Origin: an uncultured Chitinophagales bacterium
GTDB taxonomy: Bacteria; Bacteroidota; Bacteroidia; Chitinophagales; CAZNGA01
DNA length: 64,000 nt
Assembly (NCBI GenBank): GCA_964572485.1
Contig: CAZNGA010000004.1
Location: 3,196 to 67,195 of the forward strand
Direction of reading: 5' to 3'
Every line of letters starts with the position of its first letter. Positions within the stretch are counted from its first letter, which is position 1. A model generated the notes under the pieces. That model was not told the origin of the DNA, did not search any database, and worked only from the letters and a program-made list of their open reading frames with translations. The position numbers and the translations under genes were made by a program. This document shows positions 45,052 to 54,312 of this stretch, piece after piece.

Positions 45052-46899
45052 TCAATTGTTGAAATTGATGTATTCATTTAACAGGCACTGGAGATAAGCT
45101 TTTCCTTTGGTTAGATACTTTTGGTTATCCTTGTCAGGCAATTCACTTTGAGTTTTTATGATCACATCATTCAATTTAAGATCATACACTAAGGTCTGAT
45201 TACTGTCGACCCATCCAAATCCTTCATTGAAAGCATAGAAAGCAAATGAAGGAGTATGCTCATTGAGCAGATCCTTGCTCCATTTGAAATCATTGGCGGG
45301 TATCTTCAATTGGGCCAATAACGTTGCACTAAAGTCTACCTGAGAGCCGATCTTTGTGATCTGAGTTCCGGCCAGCTCCTTTTTCAATGCACCCCCTACA
45401 ACTAACATTGGGATTCTAAATCTTAACGGCCTTGTCTTTGTGCGCTTCTCCGGCAAATAATGACCATGATCCGATACTATAAAGAATACCGTATTTTGAT
45501 ACCAATCTTCCTTCTTTGCTTTTGCAATGAAATCGCCAAGACAACGATCGGTATAATGGACAGAATTTCTATACAATTGTGGAAGTGACCCTTCAAATCC
45601 TTCATTGACAGGTGCGTCAAAGGGTTCATGGCTTGTGACGGTCACTATGATACTGAAAAACGGAGCCTTCAATTGCCCCATTTCCGCAACGCTAAAGTTG
45701 AATAACTCCTCATCAAAGGCGCCCCATTTTGTTCGCTTTTCAAATTCAAAATCATCCTCACCATATACGGATACAAAACCCATGGATTCAATATAAGACT
45801 CTGTATTGGCGAAATCCAGATTCCCCCCATAGAAATAGGAAGAATGGTATCCTATAACACCTAAGTGATCTACGATACTAGGAAGCTTATCGAACTTCCC
45901 AAACTTTCTGATTATAGTAGTAGTGGGTTGTGAAGGGAACCCACTCACCAAAGCAGCCAATCCTTGCTCTGTTCTGAAACCTGTAGAATAAAAATTCGTG
46001 AACAATATTCCTTCTTTACTAAGTTCTGTAAATTGAGGTGTTACTCCCTTCTCTCCACCAAGTGGTTCAATAATATATCCGCTCCAACTCTCCAGCATTA
46101 TGAGAACAACATTCGGCTTTGACGTATTAAAAATTTGTAAGACCTCACTCTCATCCGTTTGATGAATACTTGCAAGAACTTCTTCTGCCTCCTGGTCGGA
46201 GAAAAATCGATATGGATTTGATGATATCTCATCCTTTTCAAACATTAGCTCACCAAAATTCCACAAGCTGTTCACTGCTGCCAGGTTTAGGACCTCCCTC
46301 TTTGAAAAATAGGACCAACTTTTGTTGATGGGATATAATTGAAACCCACCACGAAATCCAATGATCAAAAGAAAAAAAAGCACCATCGGAATGATCACCT
46401 TTTGGTATATCCTTAGTTTAAATGGAGGTTGCTTGAAATATTTTAAGTACAACCAAATCCCTGCCACAGATTGAAGAATCCATATGCTCACCAGCAAGAA
46501 AACCGGAGAAGACATCGTTGAAGCGAGTGCCTCTTTAGGATAAGCAAGATACGATATTGCTTTCCCATTTAGCTTTCCACCCCATGCCTCGAACAAGCCA
46601 ATATCAATTACCGTCAACAGGGAAGTAAATGCAATGGCAAAAAAGCTGAAAAATAAGATCAATTTGGGAGTGATCTCATTTGCTTTGACAAAATAAACAA
46701 CCAGCAACAATATTGGGATCGTCAGCACATAACATACAGAAGCTATATCCATTGGAAAAGCATGATAATTACACATCAGCAAATCACTAATTGAGTATCC
46801 ATCATCTACCAAAGCATAAAGGAAAATTTGCCGTTGGATAAAGAATAAAAACAGCCAAAATAGGATGTCCCTAAAAATGTATTTAACAAATTGTATCAT
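45052..46899 (-). CDS. LTA-synthase/phosphoglycerol-transferase family membrane sulfatase-fold enzyme (LtaS-like)
   Basis: About five N-terminal TM helices, then a sulfatase-fold domain (NVVLIMLESWSG...FYSTGFRTEQGL...FFIVSDHGH). Confidence 0.8.
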   Translation of the reverse strand: MIQFVKYIFRDILFWLFLFFIQRQIFLYALVDDGYSISDLLMCNYHAFPMDIASVCYVLTIPILLLVVYFVKANEITPKLILFFSFFAIAFTSLLTVIDIGLFEAWGGKLNGKAISYLAYPKEALASTMSSPVFLLVSIWILQSVAGIWLYLKYFKQPPFKLRIYQKVIIPMVLFFLLIIGFRGGFQLYPINKSWSYFSKREVLNLAAVNSLWNFGELMFEKDEISSNPYRFFSDQEAEEVLASIHQTDESEVLQIFNTSKPNVVLIMLESWSGYIIEPLGGEKGVTPQFTELSKEGILFTNFYSTGFRTEQGLAALVSGFPSQPTTTIIRKFGKFDKLPSIVDHLGVIGYHSSYFYGGNLDFANTESYIESMGFVSVYGEDDFEFEKRTKWGAFDEELFNFSVAEMGQLKAPFFSIIVTVTSHEPFDAPVNEGFEGSLPQLYRNSVHYTDRCLGDFIAKAKKEDWYQNTVFFIVSDHGHYLPEKRTKTRPLRFRIPMLVVGGALKKELAGTQITKIGSQVDFSATLLAQLKIPANDFKWSKDLLNEHTPSFAFYAFNEGFGWVDSNQTLVYDLKLNDVIIKTQSELPDKDNQKYLTKGKAYLQCLLNEYINFNN

Positions 46900-46908
46900 T
46901 ATCGATTA

Positions 46909-48228
46909 TCAACTTTGTGGTTCAACAGCTGCTCCAATGACATATGCTGATCTTTGATGCTTATGCAAAATATAAAGTGCAGAGATCAGGATTATCAGAT
47001 CCCCTAATCCTAACAAACCACTTTTCGATACCCATGCAGAGCTGTCGCCAAGGAGATCCCCCCAATTCCCTCCATATAATAAGCAACCGAAAGAGGCCGC
47101 CAGAAGCAGTACCCATGATGATTTTTGCAAAAAGAGGTAATGAAGAATAAATAGGATCATAGGTAAGGACAACAAAAAATGCTCAGAATCTGTCAGCACT
47201 AAATTGGGGATCAACCCAATGATCCAAAAATATTCAAATCTAAAATTCCAAGACCTGGCATCATCACTCAACTCATATTTTCTTTCCATATAAATATTCC
47301 GAATTACAAAAATAAATATCATTATAGCTACGACCGCTAATACGATCGGCACCAATAACATAGATCCACTACTAAGGCTCAATTGGCTTAAAGCTAAATT
47401 TACCATTGCATATATTGTATCCTGCGCACTTACTAATGATGCGTTATGGGCAGCCATTGCAGTAACCCACTCTCTATGGAGTAATAGATTTTGTTCATAA
47501 CCACCAAATAGTATTGGCAATGATAGGCCAAGAACAACGAATAGGGCCATACTCCCAAGTACTTTAAACTCCCTTCTCATTACTAATAAAGGGATCAATA
47601 CAATGAAGTGAGGCTTAATAAGAATACCAATTGCTATTAATATTCCTGCAAGGAAGATTTTCTTTTTCGCAATAAATTGAAAGCTGAGGTAGAAGATAAA
47701 TAAGAGCAATAGATTTACATTCCCCAGGTGAAATTCCCTAAAAAGGTGTGTCCCACAAATAATAATTGCAAGGATCGCTATGCTGAGGAAGTATTTTTCT
47801 TTTACAGAAAAAATGGTTTGCCATGTATTGCGGCTATCAAGGATCAAGAAAATCAACAATCCCGCGATAATAAAAAAGTAAACCACTTTAGCCATTGCAA
47901 ATGGGAGTAAGGCTAGTGGGGCAAAAAAGATCAATGCGAAAGGGGAATACTTGTAATACCCTGAGGGCAACCCAAAGCTAGAGCCGTATGGAGAGTTTCC
48001 TTCCAGAAATGCTCTTGAAGCGCTGTAATAGACCTCTAAATCATGCAACCAAAATCTGCCATTCACATTTTCCATAATGAACAACAAAACCAAAAGTCCT
48101 CCAACGATAAATATAAAGTTATATTGAAATTTTCTAAGAATAGAATCCCCCATAATGTTATTTCCAAGGTGCCTAAAAACTTTGCAAGATATAAAATCCA
48201 AAGTAAAGTTGCTGAATCTGAGAGTCAT
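46909..48228 (-). CDS. Polytopic membrane glycosyltransferase, GT87/DUF2029-like
   Basis: The LHDLEVYYSASRAFLEGNSPYG motif (D-x-x-V-Y...G..PY) near TM1 and about 10 further TM helices. The start is uncertain (ATG at 48228, or MGDSILRKF 25 codons in). Confidence 0.6.
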   Translation of the reverse strand: MTLRFSNFTLDFISCKVFRHLGNNIMGDSILRKFQYNFIFIVGGLLVLLFIMENVNGRFWLHDLEVYYSASRAFLEGNSPYGSSFGLPSGYYKYSPFALIFFAPLALLPFAMAKVVYFFIIAGLLIFLILDSRNTWQTIFSVKEKYFLSIAILAIIICGTHLFREFHLGNVNLLLLFIFYLSFQFIAKKKIFLAGILIAIGILIKPHFIVLIPLLVMRREFKVLGSMALFVVLGLSLPILFGGYEQNLLLHREWVTAMAAHNASLVSAQDTIYAMVNLALSQLSLSSGSMLLVPIVLAVVAIMIFIFVIRNIYMERKYELSDDARSWNFRFEYFWIIGLIPNLVLTDSEHFLLSLPMILFILHYLFLQKSSWVLLLAASFGCLLYGGNWGDLLGDSSAWVSKSGLLGLGDLIILISALYILHKHQRSAYVIGAAVEPQS

Positions 48229-48237
48229 TCATAAGAA

Positions 48238-48275
48238 TCTTCCTCTCTCTTCTTCTCTTCTTTTCTTCTCTTTTT
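48238..48275. repeat. 38-nt uninterrupted homopyrimidine (CT) tract, polypurine on the coding strand of the GT87-like gene
   Basis: tcttcctctctcttcttctcttcttttcttctcttttt, read directly. Starts 10 nt upstream of the ATG at 48228. Confidence 0.9.
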
Positions 48276-48411
48276 GCACCGAATCCTGAATTAGGTCCCT
48301 TAGTAAGAAGGTGAGTTTGTCTCCACACTCTGATTTTGTTCATCACAAATAGTGTAACTTTTTCGCGAAAACTGTTTCATAAATTGAGGTTGAAAAAGTG
48401 TAATTTGGTGC

Positions 48412-48438
48412 GGGGGGAAGCGGTACACCCCCCGGGGG
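48412..48438. other. Isolated GC-only element G6-N10-C6-G5 (possible hairpin; contains the CCCCCGGGGG palindrome)
   Basis: ggggggaagcggtacaccccccggggg followed by a6. Very atypical in AT-rich surroundings. It is not followed by a T-run on either strand, so it is not a canonical terminator. Confidence 0.4.
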
Positions 48439-48546
48439 AAAAAATAATTGGCTGATAAATAGGTTTTCAAGAACACCTGTGATACATGCCTATCAATCCT
48501 TACCTGCAATAACCGACGTTACTACTCATAAAAGAAGATATATCCC

Positions 48547-49164
48547 TTACTTACAATACAGGATGTACTTTTCACCAAAAAAGGGTTGCTGAAAATAATC
48601 AATGATGGGAAATTTGACGACCTTGGCATTGACACCTGAAATCTCATTATCCAAGTCGCCCCCCTTCAAACAAAATATACCATTCTCCATATCCCCCTTG
48701 GAGCCACCTCTAATTAATCTTTTCGACCAATGAAAAGTAGTTGCCAGATCTGTAACAGCTCTACTCACCATAAAATCATACTTGCTTGAAATTTCCTCTA
48801 CCCTCAGCTGATCAGTGGTTACGTTCTCCAATCCAACTGCTTCCCTAACAGCTTGTACAACATTTACCTTTTTCCTTATCGAATCCACTAAATGAAATTG
48901 AACTCCCGGAAATATAATTGCCAATGGTATCCCCGGAAATCCTCCACCTGTTCCAATATCTATGACTTTCGCCCCCTTAAAAAAGGTGGTGACTCTGCTG
49001 ATACTCAAAGAATGGAGTACGTGATGCTCATACAGGTTTTTTATATCCTTCCTGGAAATGATGTTCACCCTTGCATTCCAATACTCATACAAAGGTTCCA
49101 GCATGCGAAATTGGTCAAGCTGCTGTTGTGATAGACCAGGAAAGTATTTTTTGATAAGCTCCAT
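48547..49164 (-). CDS. rsmG: 16S rRNA (guanine527-N7)-methyltransferase
   Basis: 205 aa. YEHHVLHSL and the SAM motif VIDIGTGGGFPGIPLAI. Confidence 0.9.
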   Translation of the reverse strand: MELIKKYFPGLSQQQLDQFRMLEPLYEYWNARVNIISRKDIKNLYEHHVLHSLSISRVTTFFKGAKVIDIGTGGGFPGIPLAIIFPGVQFHLVDSIRKKVNVVQAVREAVGLENVTTDQLRVEEISSKYDFMVSRAVTDLATTFHWSKRLIRGGSKGDMENGIFCLKGGDLDNEISGVNAKVVKFPIIDYFQQPFFGEKYILYCK

Positions 49165-49226
49165 GATAAGGCACTCATGTAATGTCGCTGGCTGAGAAAA
49201 TTCCAGGTATCACCCTATTGAGATAT

Positions 49227-49835
49227 TTAGTATTTCTCCTTTCGCTTCTTCAGGATATTATACAACAACTCTTTAGCTCTATACAATTGAGCCTTCACTG
49301 TTCCCAAAGGCAACGATAATCGTTCCGCGATCTCATCATAAGATAATTCTTCGAAAAAGCGCAATTCTATAAGCATTCTATACTTCGGATTCAACTTGTC
49401 TAAGATATCCCGCATTAATTTTGCCCTCTGCTTTTTGATGAACTTCTCCTCAGGATCCAATCCCTCAAATTGAAGGTCATAAGTATAATCCTCCCCTTTG
49501 TCAGTTTCAATAGGATCATCTAACGACAGAGTTTCAAGCCGCTTTTTTCTGATAAAATCAATACAATTATTTGTTGCTATCTTGAACAACCAAGTGCTGA
49601 ATGCATAATCAGGGCTGTAACTTTCCAAATTACTAAATGCCTTGCCAAATGCTTCAATGGTAAGATCTTCAGCATCATCCCGGTTGTGGACCATCTTCAA
49701 TACCATAAAAAAAATGGCATCTTTATATCTGCTCATCAACTTGGCATAAGCTTCCTCATTACCGTCTCCGATCGCCTTTAAAACCAACTGATAATCCTCA
49801 TGTGCCCTGGGAGAAAAATTTGAATTTATACCCAT
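49227..49835 (-). CDS. ECF-type sigma-70 family RNA polymerase sigma factor
   Basis: Region 2 (DAEDLTIEAFGKAF...FSTWLFKIATNNCIDFIRKKR) and region 4 (LSYDEIAERLSLPLGTVKAQLYRAK). Confidence 0.85.
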   Translation of the reverse strand: MGINSNFSPRAHEDYQLVLKAIGDGNEEAYAKLMSRYKDAIFFMVLKMVHNRDDAEDLTIEAFGKAFSNLESYSPDYAFSTWLFKIATNNCIDFIRKKRLETLSLDDPIETDKGEDYTYDLQFEGLDPEEKFIKKQRAKLMRDILDKLNPKYRMLIELRFFEELSYDEIAERLSLPLGTVKAQLYRAKELLYNILKKRKEKY

Positions 49836-50929
49836 CTATTAGATTTTCTTATGACCAATGTCGGTGCAAAAGTAAGATAAAAACACAAGTATAGGAAATC
49901 GAGAAGAGGGATAAGAAGCAATAGATCCATTTCACCTAACTTTCTCAAAACCTTACTATATATGAATATCTGAGCAATCAACCTTATTAAAAATAACCCA
50001 ACTACTACATCCAGCCTCCAAAAATTAATCAATAAAACCAGGAAACTCACATAAAATAATATGTGAGATATTGATAAAATTCCAAGCAACACCTTATGAG
50101 AAAACTTATATTTTAAGCCTGTTGTCAGGTGCCTTCTCTTCTGTTTGAACCAGTCACTCCACGTCCGTTTCGGTTCTGAGAACATAAAGGTTAAAGGGGA
50201 TATCTCGATGGTTGTATTCTTAGAATTGGCTACACTATTTATGAACAGATCATCATCTCCAGACATGACCTCTTTGTGGGATTCAAAGCCTCCCACACGA
50301 TCAAAAAGGGGCTTGCCGTATGCCAGGTTTCTTCCAACACCCATATATGGCAGCCCTCGTAGGGTGAAGGACAAATATTTCATTGCGGTATATACGGTCT
50401 CAAATCGAATGCATTTATTCAAAAATCCGAGATATTTCTTGTAAGGACCATACCCTAAAACTACTTTTCTATTACCAACAAAATGGTTGGACATATTCTT
50501 GATCCACAAGGAACTTGTCACCTTGCAATCTGCATCGGTCAATAAGACAAATTTATTTTTTGCCAACTGAATTCCCTTTGATAAAGGTAACTTTTTCCCC
50601 GGCAGCATTGACTCCTCTTTGCTCAAAGTAATAAAATTAAGATGTGCATACTCCTTGGAAAACGCTTCCAGGACAGCAGGTGTATCATCATTTGATGCAT
50701 CATCTACAACGATCACCTCGAAGTCTGGATAATCCTGAGTCAATATCCCCGGCAGGTTACCCTTTAAATTTTTCGACTCATCCTTTGCACAAATAATAAC
50801 TGAAATTTCAGGGAGATCAGCAGTGTCCCCTTTTGAAGAATGGTGGATGGCCAACTTTCCGAAAAAATAGAGGTAGAAAAATAATTGAATAATAAAAGCA
50901 CCTAAGAATACTACAAAAAGAAGATTCAA
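49826..50929 (-). CDS. Family 2 glycosyltransferase with a C-terminal TM region
   Basis: ISVIICAKDE...FEVIVVDDASNDDT...LTDADC. The only possible start is the TTG at 50927-50929 (in-frame stop 15 nt upstream). 10-nt overlap with the sigma gene. Confidence 0.8.
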   Translation of the reverse strand: MNLLFVVFLGAFIIQLFFYLYFFGKLAIHHSSKGDTADLPEISVIICAKDESKNLKGNLPGILTQDYPDFEVIVVDDASNDDTPAVLEAFSKEYAHLNFITLSKEESMLPGKKLPLSKGIQLAKNKFVLLTDADCKVTSSLWIKNMSNHFVGNRKVVLGYGPYKKYLGFLNKCIRFETVYTAMKYLSFTLRGLPYMGVGRNLAYGKPLFDRVGGFESHKEVMSGDDDLFINSVANSKNTTIEISPLTFMFSEPKRTWSDWFKQKRRHLTTGLKYKFSHKVLLGILSISHILFYVSFLVLLINFWRLDVVVGLFLIRLIAQIFIYSKVLRKLGEMDLLLLIPLLDFLYLCFYLTFAPTLVIRKSNRWV

Positions 50930-50945
50930 AATGAATATTTTGAGT

Positions 50946-50953
50946 CAAATTTA
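50946..50953 (-). promoter_or_regulatory. -7 box TAAATTTG for the GT2-sigma operon
   Basis: Exact TAnnTTTG on the minus strand, 16 nt upstream of the TTG start. Confidence 0.35.
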
Positions 50954-51060
50954 TACTAATTTCCTAAATTATCTGAAGAAATAAATATTGACACCCATAT
51001 GCAGATCATTCAATAAAATCGATCAGCATAATGAAATTTAATACCTAAATTGCTGTTGGA

Positions 51061-52191
51061 ATGAAATTTAGTTTACAGGGGCAAGATGCGAATTCTAAAG
51101 CCAGGGCAGGAATCTTGGTCACTGATCATGGTCAATTTGAAACTCCCGTTTTTATGCCAGTAGGCACTCTAGGTGGTGTAAAAGCTGTACTACAAAAGGA
51201 GTTAGAGGAAGAGATTAATGCCAAAATAATTTTGGTGAATACATATCACCTTTATTTACGTCCCGGTTTAGATATCTTGAAAAAATCATCAGGGATACAT
51301 AATTTCATAAATTGGAAAGGGCCGATTTTAACAGATAGTGGAGGATATCAAGTGTACTCTCTTGCAGAAAAAAGAAAGATCACTAAAGAAGGAGTTACTT
51401 TTCAGTCTCATATTGATGGTGCTAAACACTTCTTTAGTCCTGAGAATATTATTGATATTCAAAGAACTATAGGAGCCGATATCATTATGGCTTTTGATGA
51501 ATGCACCCCTTACCCCTGTGACAAAAAGTATGCTACTGAATCTATGGACTTAACCCATCAGTGGCTGGAAAAATGTTGCAATCATTTTAAGAAGTCTGAG
51601 CCATTATACGATTATGACCAAACCTTATTTCCAATTGTTCAGGGAAGCGTATATAAAGACCTTAGAAAAATATCTGCCGAAAAAATCGCATCATGTGATA
51701 TGAGCGGCAATGCAATTGGAGGCCTCTCCGTTGGTGAACCAACAGAACTATTATATGAAATGACAGAGATCGTTTGTGACATACTTCCAAATGATAAGCC
51801 ACGTTACCTAATGGGTGTTGGTACTCCTGTTAACTTATTAGAGTGTATTGCTCTGGGGATTGATATGTTTGATTGTGTAATGCCTACCCGCAATGCTCGA
51901 AATGGTATGCTTTTTACAAGTGAGGGTATAATAAATATTAAAAATGAGAAATGGAAAAATGATCTTTCTCCCATTGATAAAGAAAGTAAAAGTAATATTG
52001 GACAATCATACAGCAAAGCATATATAAGACATCTCATGATGGCGAAAGAGATACTAGGCGCCCAATTGGCAAGCATACTAAATCTTAGCTTATATCTGGA
52101 CCTGGTTGGAGAAGCCAGGAAACATATTTTAGAAGGGGACTTCAACAGCTGGAAGCAATTGAAGGTCAAACAACTTGACACAAGATTATGA
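51061..52191 (+). CDS. tgt: Queuine tRNA-ribosyltransferase (tRNA-guanine transglycosylase)
   Basis: FETPVFMPVGT...TDSGGYQV...AFDEC...GLSVGE...YLMGVGTP...DMFDCV are all hallmark TGT motifs. Confidence 0.95.
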   Translation: MKFSLQGQDANSKARAGILVTDHGQFETPVFMPVGTLGGVKAVLQKELEEEINAKIILVNTYHLYLRPGLDILKKSSGIHNFINWKGPILTDSGGYQVYSLAEKRKITKEGVTFQSHIDGAKHFFSPENIIDIQRTIGADIIMAFDECTPYPCDKKYATESMDLTHQWLEKCCNHFKKSEPLYDYDQTLFPIVQGSVYKDLRKISAEKIASCDMSGNAIGGLSVGEPTELLYEMTEIVCDILPNDKPRYLMGVGTPVNLLECIALGIDMFDCVMPTRNARNGMLFTSEGIINIKNEKWKNDLSPIDKESKSNIGQSYSKAYIRHLMMAKEILGAQLASILNLSLYLDLVGEARKHILEGDFNSWKQLKVKQLDTRL

Positions 52192-52242
52192 TGACAAGTA
52201 AAATCAATGCAAAACAAATTACAACCAATTTCGAGTAACCAC

Positions 52243-52250
52243 TATATTTG
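52243..52250 (+). promoter_or_regulatory. -7 box TATATTTG for the lptF/G-like gene
   Basis: Exact TAnnTTTG, 21 nt before the ATG at 52272. It overlaps the alternative start used by the ORF track (52248). Confidence 0.35.
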
Positions 52251-52271
52251 TGTAGGATTCGTCACAAGTGT

Positions 52272-53348
52272 ATGAAAATATTAGATAGATATATTATCCT
52301 CAAGTTCTTAAGCACTTTCTTCTACGCTATGATGCTCCTGATAGCTGTCTCCATCGTTATTGATATCTCAGAGAAAATGGATGACTTTATTGATAATGCT
52401 GCTCCTTTAAAACTTATCGTATTTGAGTATTACCTTAACTTCATTCCTTACATTGGCATATTGCTCAGCCCTCTCTTTATCTTTATTGCAGTGATCTTCT
52501 TCACATCGCGAATGGCATATCGTTCAGAGATCATAGCCATATTGAATAGCGGAATCAGCTTTAACAGATTGCTCCTGCCTTATTTTTTATCAGCCGCTGT
52601 CTTATCATCCCTAATGTTATATGCCAGCCATATTTGGGTACCTAACGCAAACAAAACCTTGATCGCCTTTGAGAATACATATATCAAGGATCCTTTTATG
52701 AATCAATCTCACAATATTCATATTCAAAATGATCCAACCACCTATCTGTACCTTGAAAATTATAACAATAGTGACAGTGTTGGGTACAAATTTGCAATGG
52801 AGGTGATCAAAGACGGTCAGCTTGTGAGAAAATTAAGAGGAGAAAGGATCAAATGGAATAGAGAAAAGAATATGTGGCGGATCACTAATTTCTATGAGCG
52901 AACCAATTTGCAGATGATAGAAAAGATCAGAAAGGGTCGCATATTGGATACTACTTTTAATCTTCGACCTGAAGATCTTGAAAGGCGCCAAAATATTAAA
53001 GAGACAATGACAACTCCCGAGTTAGCAGCATTTATTGATGATGAAAGGGCAAAAGGAATAGGTAACCTGGCAATCTTTGAAGTAGAAAAACAAAAAAGAA
53101 CAGCCATTCCAATATCTACATATATTTTGACTTTTATGGGCCTGGCCATCGCCTCCAGAAAGGTAAGAGGTGGTATGGGCTACCATATCGCTATTGGCAT
53201 TTCAATAAGTGCTGCCTATGTATTTTTTATGCAGATCTCTTCAACTTTGTCAATAAACATTGGGCTGTCAGCAATATTGGGAGTCTGGATACCTAATATA
53301 ATCTTTGGGATCATTGCAGTGGTTTTGCTTCGGTACGCTCAAAAATGA
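52272..53348 (+). CDS. LptF/LptG (YjgP/YjgQ) family LPS-export permease
   Basis: MKILDRYIILKFLSTFF N-terminus, three TM helices, a periplasmic beta-jellyroll region, then three more TM helices. Confidence 0.85.
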   Translation: MKILDRYIILKFLSTFFYAMMLLIAVSIVIDISEKMDDFIDNAAPLKLIVFEYYLNFIPYIGILLSPLFIFIAVIFFTSRMAYRSEIIAILNSGISFNRLLLPYFLSAAVLSSLMLYASHIWVPNANKTLIAFENTYIKDPFMNQSHNIHIQNDPTTYLYLENYNNSDSVGYKFAMEVIKDGQLVRKLRGERIKWNREKNMWRITNFYERTNLQMIEKIRKGRILDTTFNLRPEDLERRQNIKETMTTPELAAFIDDERAKGIGNLAIFEVEKQKRTAIPISTYILTFMGLAIASRKVRGGMGYHIAIGISISAAYVFFMQISSTLSINIGLSAILGVWIPNIIFGIIAVVLLRYAQK

Positions 53349-53355
53349 TCAGCGG

Positions 53356-54312
53356 TTATTCTTCGGAATCTATTAAAAAAAAGGATCCATCTAAAAATAG
53401 TTTCTCATAAAGCTGGTCCCTACCCCCTACGAAAATGGCCCCCGGATTTAAGGATGAGGTGATAAAGTACTTATTGATAGTATCGGCAGGATAAGCAATC
53501 ACCTCAATTGGGTTTCGTAAATTGTTACCTTCAATTTTCAAGATACTTATTGGGTCCCCCAAAAGCTCCTGTTTCAATCCATCCATCATATTTGGGCTTA
53601 CAACGTTTGAAATGTCGGCTAGAAATTTTTCTGTTTTGGCTGAGTCTGTGACCTCTCCATTAATTAACCAATGCTCAGATAATTTGTTCAGGACAAAAGA
53701 ACTTCTTGTCGAATAATTAAATGCGAGCTTGGTCCAATTCTCTTTATTCCCTTTTATTATCGTACGATCCCTCATCTGAAGGAATCCCCGATTGAAAATA
53801 TACCCCATCATACTTTCAATGGAATACACCTCATCATCGCCCTTCAGCCTAATATATGTGGTGGTGCTCCTAGTAGTTTCATTATATGAGAACTTGCCTA
53901 TGAATAATGTAGTCGTGGGTTCCCCATTTTCAAATACGATCACTTTTGTACTTGAGGAGTCACTGACTTCAAACTTCTCCCATTTTTCATTGGAAGTTGC
54001 TGCTACACTTTTTGGTACAATGAGCAATAATTGTCCCATCATATTTTTGATCAATTTCTGATCAGCATTTGCTCTCTTGTCTCCTGATATGAGCTCCCAT
54101 TTTTGCCCTATCCTGCTGATAATGATCTCCTCTTGATCCAATGAGCTCGGATAAAGATAAAGGGCTGTGACCATTGAACTGTCCACTTTTACTAACTCTT
54201 TTCTGAATGTGCGCTCCTCGTGATTCTTATCCTTATAGTTAAGCAGAATAACTATTAGCAATAACACAACAAGAACTCCAAGTAATATCTTTGAATTGAC
54301 TTTTCTAAACAT
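53356..54312 (-). CDS. DUF4340-like periplasmic protein (usual partner of GldG-type proteins)
   Basis: Single N-terminal TM helix, about 300-aa soluble region. 8-nt overlap with the upstream GldG-like gene. Assignment is mainly by context. Confidence 0.5.
   Translation of the reverse strand: MFRKVNSKILLGVLVVLLLIVILLNYKDKNHEERTFRKELVKVDSSMVTALYLYPSSLDQEEIIISRIGQKWELISGDKRANADQKLIKNMMGQLLLIVPKSVAATSNEKWEKFEVSDSSSTKVIVFENGEPTTTLFIGKFSYNETTRSTTTYIRLKGDDEVYSIESMMGYIFNRGFLQMRDRTIIKGNKENWTKLAFNYSTRSSFVLNKLSEHWLINGEVTDSAKTEKFLADISNVVSPNMMDGLKQELLGDPISILKIEGNNLRNPIEVIAYPADTINKYFITSSLNPGAIFVGGRDQLYEKLFLDGSFFLIDSEE

Noticed and set aside
48300-48509. 69-aa minus-strand ORF in the rsmG/GT87 intergenic region
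   Set aside because: Its composition is odd, it spans the GC-only element, and it has no start context or motifs. It is more likely non-coding, though a small RNA cannot be excluded (see the finding for 48229-48546).
51804-52217. 137-aa minus-strand ORF overlapping the 3' end of tgt
   Set aside because: tgt carries all of its hallmark motifs through this region. The antisense product has no recognisable features.
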